Positions 56,535-56,760 of a stretch of 56,760 bases of DNA are shown here, in pieces. The stretch is from a virus (taxonomy: Duplodnaviria > Caudoviricetes). The stretch is taken from the IMG/VR virus record IMGVR_UViG_3300044691_000555, positions 1-56,760 of that record, one strand, 5' to 3'. The number at the start of each line of letters is the position of its first letter. The first letter of the stretch is position 1. The notes under the pieces are model-generated. The model saw only the letters and a program-made list of their open reading frames with translations. It had not been told where the DNA came from and searched no databases. Both the position numbers and the translations under genes were made by a program.

Positions 56535-56594
56535 GAGTGTTCGGAGTGTTCGGTGTTCGTTCGGTCAGTTTCAAAACCCGTCCAACTGGAAAAC

Positions 56595-56641
56595 CCCCGG
56601 GCCCATTTATGGCCGCGGGGAAAATCGCCCGGGAAGGACCC
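56595..56641 (-). other. Putative cos site (cosQ + cosN)
   Basis: cosQ-identical GGGTCCT at 56635-56641; 10/12 dyad centred at 56607/56608. Confidence 0.7.
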
Positions 56642-56760
56642 GTTCGAAGGGCCGACGATTGCCCGAACCGCCCACCGTTCAGGCGCCGAGCACGCGGTAG
56701 AGTTCGTGTGCGATGCGCCCGGGCAGGTCGCGGTCGACCGTGCCGAAGAACGCGGCCTCC
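56602..56760 (+). repeat. Terminal overlap, copy 2
   Basis: Direct repeat of 1-159. Confidence 0.95.

Larger units (their letters stand above)
1..56760. mobile_element. Complete temperate phage genome (lambda-like head, Mu-like contractile tail), excised/attP state
   Basis: Packaging, head, tail, lysis, integrase, immunity and replication genes all present; ends overlap (1-159 matches 56602-56760); no flanking host genes. Confidence 0.95.

Overview
The window is an apparently complete (~56.6 kb, circularly overlapping) temperate phage genome in its excised state. It is GC-rich, and the host is most likely a Bradyrhizobium-like alphaproteobacterium (inferred from a REP-like repeat and gene content). 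It has a lambda-like cos/terminase/portal/capsid module, a Mu-like contractile tail, GTA-like head spikes, a lysis cassette, a cI/cro switch with six GGTAC-N5-GTACC-type operators, a large serine integrase with a tRNA-like attP core, four DNA methyltransferases, an iteron-bearing replication initiator and a NusG-family antiterminator. The standout feature is a complete diversity-generating retroelement (RT 4364-5368, TR 5557-5683, avd 5688-6098) with two target genes (6127-7032 and 17660-18610). All 17 TR/VR mismatches fall at TR adenines. Both targets resemble Bordetella Mtd lacking its N-terminal domain, and both lie in the early cro operon rather than the tail module. The TR and spacer form an open reading frame coupled by ATGA overlaps to both avd and the RT. 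Family assignments rest on motif recognition and synteny; no database searches were run.
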